This document shows, piece after piece, positions 1-19,411 of a stretch of DNA of 64,000 bases. The stretch spans positions 729,294 through 793,293 of the forward strand of contig CAWJGT010000034.1 of NCBI GenBank assembly GCA_963842525.1, read 5' to 3'. The first letter of the stretch is position 1, and each line of letters begins with the position of its first letter. Source of the stretch: an uncultured Holophagales bacterium. GTDB taxonomy: Bacteria; Acidobacteriota; Thermoanaerobaculia; Multivoradales; UBA5704. A program made the position numbers and the translations under genes. The notes below the pieces were generated by a model, which saw only the letters and a list, made by a program, of their open reading frames with translations, had not been told where the DNA came from and did no database searches.

Positions 1-9622
<9,622 letters not shown>

Positions 9623-9651
<29 letters not shown>

Positions 9652-11755
9652 CAGCGGCGGTGAACGCGTGGATTTCGCCGAAGCAGGGGAAGAGCTCCAG
9701 GTGCGCGATGTCGCCGGGGTCGTCGCAGACCGACTCGAGCGCACGCTCGCCGGGAAACTCGGGGAGAGGCCAGCGCAGCGAGATCTCGTTCAACCCCTCG
9801 TTGACCGCTTCGCCGGGGACCACCATGTCCCATGTCTCCCATGCGCAGCCGATCTCGATCTTCACTTGGGGACGACCGTTCAAGGCGAGGACGAGGTCCC
9901 CCCGGGACGGCGCGTCTCCCGGCAGGCGGCAGGTGAGGCAAAGCCGCACCGGGCGCCCCGCTTCGCCGACAAATAGGAACCGCGAGTCGATCCAGTAGGC
10001 CTTGTAGAAATCGTTCCGCTTGCCGTGGACTGCCACTTCGCGCGGCAGCACCCACATTGCCTCCTGCGGCTGCAGAGCGGCCGAGCAGTAATAGAAATCG
10101 AGCAGATCGGTCGCACCGCGGGTGAGGCTGTGCTCCTCCCGGCGGAGCTGCCCCAGGCGTGCCCGTACATCGACGCCGATCTCATGCAGGGCCTCGGCAA
10201 TGGCATCGATCAGCAGCCGATCCAGTTGCTGGTAGTTGTGGCGCAGCAGGTAATACTGGAGCTGCCGCGATGCCAGCCCTGCGATCTCCTCCGCTGCCCG
10301 GCACATCAGCATCGGCGTCCGGCGCGTCTGGATCTCGATGAACCGGGTCATCACCTGGACGATCGCCGGCGAGGCCTGGGCCGCGACCGAGCAGTAGTGG
10401 CGGACCACATCCTGGGACTGCCACCAGTGTGCATTGTGGACGGCGGCCAGGAAGGCGGCGTGGGCTTCCACCTCGTTGCTCGGCGCGAGGCGCTCGTCGA
10501 TCAGGTCACGCCACGGAACCTCCACTCCCTGGAGCGCCCGCAGCACCGGGGATGCGGCTGCGGCCATGGCCACCCGGATGCCGGCTGCCGTCAGATGACA
10601 ATAGTCGAGGAACATCCGGCGGTCCGGGATGGCTTCGCCGAGGTGCTCGCGGAAGATCCGCGGCAGGTCGACCAGAGCGCTGCCCTGCTTGCGCGCCTGG
10701 CAGCGCAGAGCCTCCTGGGCGATCCCGTAGGCCCGGGGCGCGATATTCCGCGACGGATCCCAGATCACGGCGTCACGGGCCAGCTCCAGATGGCGTCGCG
10801 CCGCTTCGGGGTCGGCGGACCGCCGGCTGCACTCGGCCAGCATGTAGAGCCCGGCGACGCAGACTCCCTGATCGATCTCGACCATCCGGCGCGCCCGCTC
10901 CGCGGCCTGCTGCAGGTCTCCATGGTCGCAGGCCTGCCGCGCCGCCTGCCAGTGCTCCAGCCAGTCCCGGTTGGCGGTCCCGGGCAGATGAGGAGCGTTG
11001 GTGATCGGGTCCCGCCAGTCGCCGAGGTTGAACTCCGGGACGAGCCACACCAGAGGGATCTCCCTGGCGCGGTACAGCGAGGAGACCTCGCTCACCATGC
11101 TCCGCACCTTCGCCGCGAGCTGGTCCTCGGCAAAGCGCTTCAAGCCGGCGATTCCCTCCTCAAGCAGCAGCGAGCTGACCAAGGCCATCTCCGCGATCGA
11201 CGGCGCGGAGACGTTCCAGTTGTTGCCGGCGAAGATGACCACGGCATCAGGCTCCAGCAGCAGCGCCGATCTGGCGAGCTCTCCTACCTCGATCCCGAGG
11301 TCCGTCCGGGCGAGATCGATCACTTCGACCCTCTCGCCCATGTGCCGCTTGAGGATCGTCTGCAGCACCATCGCCGGGGTGAACAGCGGATCGTAGAGAT
11401 ATCCTCGTGCGACCGACTCGCCGACCAGCACGACCCGGCGCCTGACACCCTTCGGCTCGATCCGCCCGAGGTTTGCCCAGAGATTCCACTCGCTGGCTTT
11501 GTCCATGCGACGGACGAAGCCGGTCTCGCCGTTCCTGCTTTCGCGCGCCCAGATGCCTACGCAGTCCGAGCTCGCAGGCGCCGGCTTGCGCCAGACGGGT
11601 CCCCCGTCTTCGACCGGCCCGCCAGCAGGATGGAACGGCTCTCCCAGCATGCCCGTGAGCCGGAGCAGGCGAGCGAGCTGCGCACCTTCGGTGGAGGCGG
11701 CGGCCGCGGCGATCCGGTTGCAGAACACTTTGAGCGATTCTGGCGGGGCTCTCAT
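9623..11755 (-). CDS. NRPS-cluster protein with SGNH/GDSL-like motifs
   Basis: About 710 aa from ATG 11755; motifs VVLVGESVARG, IFAGNN, FLDYCHLT; overlaps the NRPS start. Confidence 0.7.
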
Positions 11756-11774
11756 TGCAGGGCGTTCTTGCGCT

Positions 11775-13617
11775 CTACAGTAAAGTGTAGACGAGATGAT
11801 CGACGGTGCCACCGTCCCCGCGCTGACCGAGCACTTTCTGGGCCTGCAGATTCCACAGCTCCGGCAGGCCCGGGCGTTCCAGGACGAAGTCCTCGAGCAC
11901 CAGCACGTCGATCTGGCAGCGGACGAAGCACAGCAGCGCGTCCAGCGCCGTGCACACGATGGGCTCACCACGCATGTTGAACGATGTGTTGAGCAGGATC
12001 GGGCAGTTGGTACGCCGGTAGAACTCCGCGAGGAGCGCGGCGAAGCGCGGGCTGGTTTCGCAGCTCACCGTCTGCACCCGCGCCGAGCCGTCGACGTGCG
12101 TGACAGCCGGCAGTGCGATCGGCGAGGTGACCCTGCAGGTCTCGAGCATGAAAGGAGACGGATGATCGAGGTCGAAATGGTCGCGCGCCGCCGACTCCAA
12201 CACCGCCGGGGCGAAAGGGCGGAAGGCCTCACGCATCTTCACCAGGGCGTTGATGCGGTCCCGCATCTGCGGTTGCCGCGGATCTGCCAGGATCGACCGG
12301 GACCCCAGCGAGCGCGGCCCGAACTCCATCCGGCCGTGCGACCAGCCGATCACCTTGCCCTCAAGGAGCCGGTCGACGGTGTAGCGGAGGAGGGCGTCTT
12401 CCCGGCCTCGGAGATCGAGGAACTTGGCCGACGACGACCTCAGGATCCGGTGGATCTCTTCGGGGGAGCTCGCCGGCCCCAGGTAGACGTGCAGCAGCCG
12501 CCGCCTCGGAGGCGCCTCGCCGGTGAGCCGGACGTGAGCCGTCGCAGCAGCCCCTACCGAGCACCCCGCATCGCCCGCCGCGGGCTGCACGAACAGACGC
12601 TTGAACGGCCCCTCGGCCAGGCAACGTCTGTTGGCCACGACATTGAGAGCCACGCCGCCGGCCATGCAGAGGTTCTCGCTCGGGATCCTGGAGTGCAGAT
12701 AGCGGACCTTCTCGAGCAGGATCTCTTCGAGGACGACCTGGACGCTCCTGGCCACGTCCTTGTGGAACTGCAGAAGCTCGGAATCCGGTTTCCGCGGCGG
12801 CTGGCCCAGCAACGAGACCAGCTCCTCACTGTACATGGAGTCTCTCGGTCAGGAAGCCGAAGTACTTCATGTTCAGCCGGTACTGCCCTGCGGACGTCAC
12901 GGCGATGAGCTTGCGCATCTGGTCGACGTAGCGCGGAGCCCCATATGGGGCGAGGCCCATGACCTTGTACTCGCCCTCATTGACCTCGAATCCCAGATAG
13001 CCCGTGATGGCGCTGTAGAAGAAGCCGAGCGAGTCCGGGAAGTCGACCTGCTCGAAGCGGCTGATATGGGAGCCGCTCGCTGAGCCATAGGTCGTGGTGG
13101 GCCAGTCGCCAACTCCGTCGACGGTGAGAATCGCCGCTTCGTCGAAACCGGAGTAGAAGTAGCTGCTGGCCGCATGAGACAGGTGGTGGTCGACGATCTC
13201 GATCGGCCCCGCGTAGCCAAACACCTCGCGGATCACCTCCTGCGGTTGCTTCTGACTCAGGCGCGAAAGGATCGAGGCGCGCTTCTCCGGAGACAACTCC
13301 GGCGCCAGCGCCATCCAGACCTGGCGTCCCAGCTTCAGGACCGGATCCTCGTAATAGGCGACGCAGTCGATCTCGGAGAGCGTCAGCCCGCCCGCTTCGA
13401 GGCAGTATCTGAAAGCCTGCCGCGGGATCGACTTATCGTTCTTGACGCGGGAAAAGCGCTCCTCCTGGGCTGCGGCGACCAGGGAGCCCTCCTGCAGCAG
13501 ACAGCACGAGGAGTCGTGATAACCCCAAGAGATCCCGATGACGTTGAGATGGGGTCTGGCCGGCCGCTTCCCGAGCTTCACGCCCGCCTGAAGGGGCTCG
13601 TTCAGGGTCTGCGTCAT
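11775..13617 (-). CDS. Carbamoyltransferase, CmcH/NodU/TobZ family (1-bp frameshift near 12837)
   Basis: YHDSS, EERFSRVKND, HHLSHAAS, DGVGD, GEYKVMGLAPYG in the N-half; AGGVALN, MEFGPRSLGSRSILADP, VKMREAFRPFAP, LLNTSFN in the C-half. The halves join on removing one C (ERL-C-MYSEE). Confidence 0.92.
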
Positions 13618-13907
13618 GGCCAACTCCCGGAGGACGCGGGTGCACTCGGCCCCGCCTCTCCAGGGGCATTAACAGAGTCGATATGAGTCCCGCATTAACT
13701 AAGGTGCCTAGACCCCCAGAAGCGGGACAGGCAATGCCAACTTGTTGAATCGAGCAGTAACAGGAGGCCCAGAAATCGGCAGTGCCGGCTCCGCAGGTGG
13801 CCGGGTACAGGCAAGGAACGCCCGCCTCAGTGTAGACTCAGCAGGTTTTTCGCCCCGCGCCGCCGCTCCAGGACGGGCAGCGGCGGCTGTTCCGCTTGGA
13901 GGGCGGC

Positions 13908-14051
13908 ATGCACTGGAGGAGACTCGGACGCGCAGCGTTGGCGGTGTTCGGAGCGTTCCCCGCTCGGGCCCTGGCGCTGGGCCAGGCCTCGGACCTCGGG
14001 GCGCGGATCGACCGCGCCGTCGAGCAGACGGCGCCCAGGATCGTGGAGTAG
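13908..14051 (+). pseudogene. N-terminal remnant (47 aa) of a secreted M20-type amidohydrolase
   Basis: GGAGG RBS, signal-peptide-like MHWRRLGRAALAVFGAFPARALA then IDRAVEQTAPRIVE*; resembles M20 N-termini cut just before the RR..H.HPEL motif (family is inference). Confidence 0.45.
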
Positions 14052-14063
14052 AGAGGGTAGTCG

Positions 14064-15777
14064 ATGAAAGACGAGAAAAACCCCAGGCTGGTTCTGGGCC
14101 TACCGATGAATGAACCGCCGGTGGCGTACACCCAAAAAACCAACGTCGAGGAAATGATTTATGGCCAATCGGTGGTGACGCATGACATGGCCACCGCACT
14201 CCTGCGCCACGGATCCGCAGAGTCGGTCGTGTTCCTCGTCGGGCCGCAAGACGTGCCCGCCTACGCGGCCCACTTCAAAAGCTATCCTAACGCCAGGGTG
14301 AAGATGGAGATCGGCATTCTTCGGGATGGGGTCGAGCGCTTCGGGCTCACCGCCTGGCACGACATTCGCGGAAACCCTTCCGCGCCGTCGTTCAAGATTC
14401 GAACCGGTCTGGCCTCGCGAAAGCCTTACCCCATCACACTGACGATTCACTGTCTCTCGTCGCAGCCTTTCATCGGCACCTTGGTTATTCCGTTGTTGAC
14501 CGAGTCGGTACTGCCCTGCGACTCAGTCATCTGCACCTCGCGGGCATGCCGCGACGCCTTCCAGAATCTCCTCGAGCAGGTGGCGTCCACTTTCAACCGC
14601 CGACATGGCGCGAACCTTTCGTACAAAGGGCGGCTCGACGTCCTGCCCCTGGCGACAGACACCGAATTTTTTCGGCCCATTCCCCAGGCGGAATGCCGCC
14701 GGAAGCTCGGCCTCCCGCAGGACGCATTTGTGCTTCTGTGGTTCGGGCGTCTGTCCGCAGCGGACAAGGCGGATTTGTTCGTCATGCTTCGCGTGGTGGA
14801 GAGGCTTCGGCGCAAGAACCCGCAGCGAAAGATTTTGCTCGTCCTGGCCGGTAGTCAGGAGCCCCAGTTGCCGTTCGCCCCTGGGCTGCATCAGTACGCC
14901 AAAGACCTGGGCATCTCGGAGCACGTCATCATCAAAGAGGCCTTTCCTCCTTCCGAAAGAAACTCTCTCTACTGCGCGGCAGACGTCTTCGTGGCGCCCG
15001 CGGACAACATCCAAGAGACATTCGGTCTGACGCCTCTAGAGGCCATGGCCTGTGGCTTGCCGCAGGTCGTCGCGGACTGGGACGGCTATCGAGACACCGT
15101 GCAGCATGACGTGACCGGGTTCTTGGTGCCCACCCACTGGGCTGCCTGCGATGAGGACATCTCGAACGTGTCACTGATGAACCTGGACATCCTGGTGGAC
15201 CACTTTCAGTTGGGACAGTCGGTGGTAGTCGACCTTGAGAAGTACGAGCAATACCTGCAGAGGCTCATGGATCAGCCCGCACTGCGAATCAAGATGGCCG
15301 AGGCGTCGCGGCGGCGAGCGGTAGAGGTCTTTGGGTGGAGCCCCGTCATCAAGCAATACGAAGCACTGTGGGCAGAGCTGTCTCAGCTTGCTCGCAACAC
15401 TGAGCTTCCCAAGCCTCACGCACAGCCACTCTCGGCCACGGTACTTCGACGTGTTCCGCGGCTACGCCACCAACATCGTCTCGGGATCCGCGCCGATTTA
15501 CCTCACCGCCGAAGGGCGCCGACTCTTGTCGCGCGAGCATACGATTCCGTCTCAATATAGTGGGTTCGAGCAGCTTTTGTTCGACGTGTCGCTGTTGCGA
15601 AGCATTCTCGCCGCGCTTGGTGAGCCATCGCGAACAGCTCCCATCACCCTGGACACGCTGGTCGGTTCTCTAAGTCAGGAGGGCGACGGTTCCGTCCCCG
15701 GCGCTAGAGATCGAATTCGCAGGCATGTGCTGTGGGTCTTGAAGCACGGGTTCGCTTCCCTCACCGAACAAAGGTAA
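14064..15777 (+). CDS. Glycosyltransferase family 4 with C-terminal extension (frameshift near 15410-15420)
   Basis: FGRLSAADKAD and QETFGLTPLEAMACGLPQV (Ex7E); continues in ORF 15331..15777; visibly lower GC than flanks. Confidence 0.85.
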
Positions 15778-15847
15778 GGTGGGAGGATCTCCTAAATCCG
15801 AGTATAGGATGAAGGAGGAGGTCTTCTCCTCCCGGTCCGCTGCTCTG

Positions 15848-15995
15848 GTCGCGCCCCGCGCGGGGGCGTGGATTGAAACCGAGAATTGAGCCCGACGCGG
15901 CCGTCGCCCTACCGTCGCCCCCCGCACGGGGGCGTGGATTGAAACTGCTTGCCGAGGTTGAAGAGTCGCTCGGCGAGGCATCGCCCCCCTCAACC
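15848..15995 (+). CRISPR. Orphan type I-C-like CRISPR mini-array: 2 repeats, a degenerate third, 2 spacers
   Basis: 32-bp repeats GTCGCGCCCCGCGCGGGGGCGTGGATTGAAAC (15848-15879) and GTCGCCCCCCGCACGGGGGCGTGGATTGAAAC (15914-15945); 34-bp spacers 15880-15913 and 15946-15979; degenerate ATCGCCCCCC at 15980. No cas genes in the window. Confidence 0.85.
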
Positions 15996-16206
15996 CAGCC
16001 GGCTTTCGACAGTCTGGACGCACCGACCTCTTACCGCCGCATGACGGTCCGCGAGCTCCACGGTGATGGTTTGTTTCTCCACGGCCTCGCGTGCGCCGTC
16101 TCGAATTCGCGCCCTTGAGACCAAGGCGCGGCCACGGCCGGCCTCCCCTCCCCTCGGGTCCTGGCGGCTCGTCATGAACGGACCCAACCACGAAAGGAGA
16201 GCCACC

Positions 16207-16734
16207 ATGGCCAAGCAAACCAAGAAGACCGTCACCCTCTTCGGCAACCTCGGCGCAGACCCCCGACTCCATCAGATCCCCGCACGGACCGAGACCCGCA
16301 ACGTCTACGACCCCATCATCGACGACGTCGTCGAGAAGAACTTCGACCGGAAGGCCCAGGAGTTCCGCACCTTCTCCCTCGCTGTCTCCGCTGAGTGCCA
16401 GGAGGAGACCCGCTGGATTCACTGCATCGACTGGGCTGGCAACGCCAATCTCTTCCGCAAGGGCGACCGCGTCCGCCTGACCGGTTACTTCCAGGTCCGG
16501 GCCTACAAGAAGGACGGGGAGGACAAGCGCATCCGCCAGTTCGTCGTCGAGACGGCCAACCTCGAGCGGGCAAAGATCCGCCACGAGAACGCGGCCTCTC
16601 TCCTTCTCCACTGCCGGTCGACAAGCCCAGCGCGGGCCAGACCGGATCGGCCTCCGGCGGCACGCCCCAGACGAAGTCGGCGTAGGAGGCGCGGACCGTG
16701 TCCACCGGATCGCCGTCGTCGTCGCGCACCGTGA
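16207..16734 (+). CDS. Single-stranded DNA-binding protein-like (OB fold); native end about 16596, then read-through into unrelated DNA
   Basis: RBS GAAAGGAG; VTLFGNLGADP, FSLAV, TRWIHCIDW, KGDRVRLTG are SSB signature segments; lacks the acidic C-terminal tail. Confidence 0.8.
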   Translation: MAKQTKKTVTLFGNLGADPRLHQIPARTETRNVYDPIIDDVVEKNFDRKAQEFRTFSLAVSAECQEETRWIHCIDWAGNANLFRKGDRVRLTGYFQVRAYKKDGEDKRIRQFVVETANLERAKIRHENAASLLLHCRSTSPARARPDRPPAARPRRSRRRRRGPCPPDRRRRRAP

Positions 16735-16845
16735 TCGGGATCAGGGTCGCGATCCGCCCGCCGAATTCCTTCTCGAAGCCGGCGGCGACCTGGCGCTGGA
16801 TGCCCAGGCCGTAGGCCACGTGGCCGGAGCCGACGAGCACACAGT
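16597..16845 (-). pseudogene. Internal fragment of a ChaN-like lipoprotein gene
   Basis: VLVGSGHVAYGLGIQRQ...ASYADFVWGVPPE with no start or N-terminal part; family assignment from motif recall. Confidence 0.5.
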
Positions 16846-16959
16846 CTGCGGCTGCTATCCGCACTGAGCGCTCCGCAAGCCATGAGACGCCGGCCACGAT
16901 CCGCAGGCCGCTGACCTTGCCTGACGGCGCCTTGACCGCAATCCGATTGGCATGGATCC

Positions 16960-17520
16960 GGGGGCGCCAACCAGCCGCATAGGCCAGCGAGCCATTGACC
17001 CCGAAGCGCGAGCCAGCGACCTGGAGCTGAAAGCCATTGGCCCGGAGGCGCCAGCCCGCGACATAGTCAGTGAGCCCGCGGCATAGGCCAACGAGCCAGC
17101 AACCCGGAGGCGCGGGCCAGCCGCATAGGCCAACGAGCCAGCGACCGCGAGCAACGAGCCGCTGACCCATGTCAAGGAGACGTTGCCCCATGTCGGCGGG
17201 CCGTTGGCCGGGACCGACGAGCCAGCGACCTGGGGCAACGAGCCAGCGACCGCGAGCGACGAGCCGCCGACCCGTGTCAAGGAGACGTTGTTCTATGTCG
17301 GCGGGGTGTTGACCGGAGCCAACGAGCCCGCAGCATAGAGCAGCGAGCCGGTGACCGATGCCGATGAAACGCTGATCTATGTCGGCGAGCTGTTGACAGG
17401 AGACGGCGAGCCCGCAACCGTGAGCAACGAGCCGCCGGACGCTGTCGATGTGACGCCACTCCCTGTCAATGGGCCAAGGACAGGGAACAACGGGCCGGGG
17501 GCAACGAGCCGTCCGCCGCT
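16960..17520. repeat. Degenerate 21-bp-period tandem repeats with a 105-bp higher-order unit
   Basis: Recurring (A)ACGAGCC(A/G)(G/C) at 21-bp spacing; GTCAAGGAGACGTTG at 17171 and 17276. Confidence 0.8.
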
Positions 17521-17659
17521 GTCGCTGAGACGCGATTCCCTCTCGGAGGAGGTCATTGGTCCGGACCTCCAGGAGATGCGGAGCATCGAGTTCGCCGGCG
17601 CCGAGCTGTCGGGCGTCTACGAGCTCTTCCACGACGAGCCCTATCATGTGGACCTGCCG

Positions 17660-17740
17660 GGCAACCACGCTTCCTTCCTCAAGGACCTGGTCCCTTTGCC
17701 AGGGCGCGACCTCAGCCTGGCGCTGCGGATGACCTTCTAG
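17660..17740 (+). pseudogene. C-terminal fragment of a TonB-dependent receptor-like gene
   Basis: NHASFLKDLVPLPGRDLSLALRMTF*: PGR motif and terminal Phe typical of TonB-dependent receptor ends; upstream part absent. Confidence 0.5.
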
Positions 17741-17780
17741 CAGTAAAAGGCCTAAACAACTTGTTCTGAGTGAGTTACGA

Positions 17781-17855
17781 TGGAGCCGACGGCCGGGATT
17801 GAACCGGCGACCTGCTGATTACGAATCAGCTGCTCTACCGCTGAGCTACGTCGGC
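17781..17855 (-). tRNA. tRNA-Thr (CGT)
   Basis: GCCGACGTAGCTCAGCGGTAGAGCAGCTGATTCGTAATCAGCAGGTCGCCGGTTCAATCCCGGCCGTCGGCTCCA: cloverleaf, CGT anticodon, encoded CCA. Confidence 0.97.
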
Positions 17856-17898
17856 CCGGGGAGGAAAATCGGCAGGGGATCTCCCGGAAGCGGGCGGT

Positions 17899-17928
17899 AT
17901 TGTACGGGCATCCGTACCCGCCGCGCAA
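17899..17928 (-). promoter_or_regulatory. Sigma70-like promoter of tRNA-Thr
   Basis: TTGCGC-N18-TACAAT on the minus strand upstream of the tRNA. Confidence 0.55.
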
Positions 17929-17930
17929 CC

Positions 17931-17964
17931 GGGAGCTGGGCCGGCGAGACGCCGGCGCTCCCAG
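17931..17964 (-). terminator. GC-rich hairpin or REP-like element downstream of the TonB gene
   Basis: GGGAGC..GCCGGCG-AGA-CGCCGGC-GCTCCC inverted repeat. Confidence 0.45.
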
Positions 17965-17998
17965 GGGGCGATGCTCGGCCTCCGCGCCGACTGCATCT

Positions 17999-18568
17999 CT
18001 ACGACGGACCCTTGGCGACCTGGAAGTTGACCGTCAGGGTGTAGTAGACGGGAACGGGGTGGCCCTTGAGCATCGCGGGGCGAAAGACCCATCGCTCGAT
18101 CGTCCACTTGGCGCTCGCGTCCAACTCGGGGTGGCGGCCCTGCACCAGGCGTGTGTCGCGGACGCAACCTTCATGGTCGATCGTCGCTTCGTAGATCACA
18201 ACGCCGCTGACCCCCTCCTCGCGTGCCTTGGTGGTGTAGCGCGGGGGCTCTCCATAGATCTTTTCGGGCCGGCGGACATCTCCTTCCACTTTCATGGGCT
18301 CGTTTTCCAAGCCTGGTGGCGGAAGGTTTCCGGCCAGGCGCGCGGTACACAGGATTGTCCGTGCCGTCACGGCATCCTTTCCTTCGGGGTTGTCGACAAG
18401 ATAGCCCCGGGCCCCCTCGGCGGCCTGCTCGAAACGCTTCTCTGCCAGTAGAGTCCGGAGCTCGTTCATGAGATTCGGATCGCTCGACGGCGGCGCCGCT
18501 CCAAGGAGAAAAAGAAGCGATAGAACCACAAGGACAGGCCGCATGTTCAGAGTGAGATCGCGTCGCAT
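17999..18568 (-). CDS. Energy transducer TonB-family protein (TonB C-terminal domain)
   Basis: Signal peptide, then PPRYTTKAREEGVSGVV...WVFRPAMLKGHPVPVYYTLTVNF. Confidence 0.85.
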   Translation of the reverse strand: MRRDLTLNMRPVLVVLSLLFLLGAAPPSSDPNLMNELRTLLAEKRFEQAAEGARGYLVDNPEGKDAVTARTILCTARLAGNLPPPGLENEPMKVEGDVRRPEKIYGEPPRYTTKAREEGVSGVVIYEATIDHEGCVRDTRLVQGRHPELDASAKWTIERWVFRPAMLKGHPVPVYYTLTVNFQVAKGPS

Positions 18569-18588
18569 GGCGGAATCCTCGCGCCTTT

Positions 18589-19254
18589 TCATTCTGCCGC
18601 TACATGGGTCCGGTGGCCGTCGACCCACCAGGCCCAGGGGACAAAGAGCCAACTCAGGAGCGCGATCCAGGCGAGCGTCCGCTCGTCGGGCGGAGGAGGT
18701 CCGAAGCTGGCCGAGAGCCACAGGACGTACAAGAGCACGAGCAGCGACCACAGCCCCCAGCGGCCGATCGCGTCGCGGGCCCGGGTGGCGCGCAGATAGA
18801 GGAAGATCCCGAGCGCGTACAGCACGGTTTCGAGCGTCAGGGCGATCGCGGGATGATTCCACAGGCCGAGGCCGACGTAGGGACCCCGGACCAGGATCGG
18901 CAGGTCGTCGGCGTGGACCAGCAGGTCGAGGAGCCAGTGACTGAAGACCCCGGCACCGAGGAGGAGCCCTCCCCAGCGCTGGCCCTTGCCGCGCGTCAGA
19001 AGCCGGTAGCCGATTGCGAAAGCGACCGACCAGCCGAGCGCGCCCACCAGGCTGTGGGTGATCGGATAGTCGTAGAAGTAGAGGGGGTTGAGCTTCGTGA
19101 TGCCGGGCGCGATCCGCACGTGCTCCAAGCCGAGGAGCAGGAAGATCGGCCACAGCAGGTCCAGGAATTGGACCGCGAGGAACCAGGTACCCAGGGAGAT
19201 CCGCGGCGTCTTCGCCCGGCCGGCCAGCGCAATCGCCTCATATCCGACGAACAT
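18589..19254 (-). CDS. Membrane-bound metal-dependent hydrolase-like protein
   Basis: LDLLWP, YPITHSL, SHWLLDLLVH; multiple TM helices. Confidence 0.75.
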   Translation of the reverse strand: MFVGYEAIALAGRAKTPRISLGTWFLAVQFLDLLWPIFLLLGLEHVRIAPGITKLNPLYFYDYPITHSLVGALGWSVAFAIGYRLLTRGKGQRWGGLLLGAGVFSHWLLDLLVHADDLPILVRGPYVGLGLWNHPAIALTLETVLYALGIFLYLRATRARDAIGRWGLWSLLVLLYVLWLSASFGPPPPDERTLAWIALLSWLFVPWAWWVDGHRTHVAAE

Positions 19255-19411
19255 CGGAGCCTCCTCTCCTCTCGAAGCGCTGCTTGCGAGTCCCGGGCAG
19301 TATAGCCGGCGGGCAGGACGAGTGTAACGCGCCGCCGCCCTCGAACGCCTACCTTGCAGATGAGCTAAAATGGAGCCGTCGTCGACAGCAGGTACCGAGG
19401 AGGAGCGCTCC

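Noticed and set aside
11775-13617. Naturally split two-gene carbamoyltransferase
   Set aside because: The break falls mid-domain and is repaired by deleting one C.
15880-15979. Self-targeting spacers (12-nt match at about 11021, 11-nt match at about 2921)
   Set aside because: Too short in GC-rich DNA; expected by chance. My by-eye search is not exhaustive.
16316-17668. 450-aa minus-strand ORF as a real gene
   Set aside because: Composite of antisense fragment, repeat block and ChaN-like piece, and overlaps the SSB gene.
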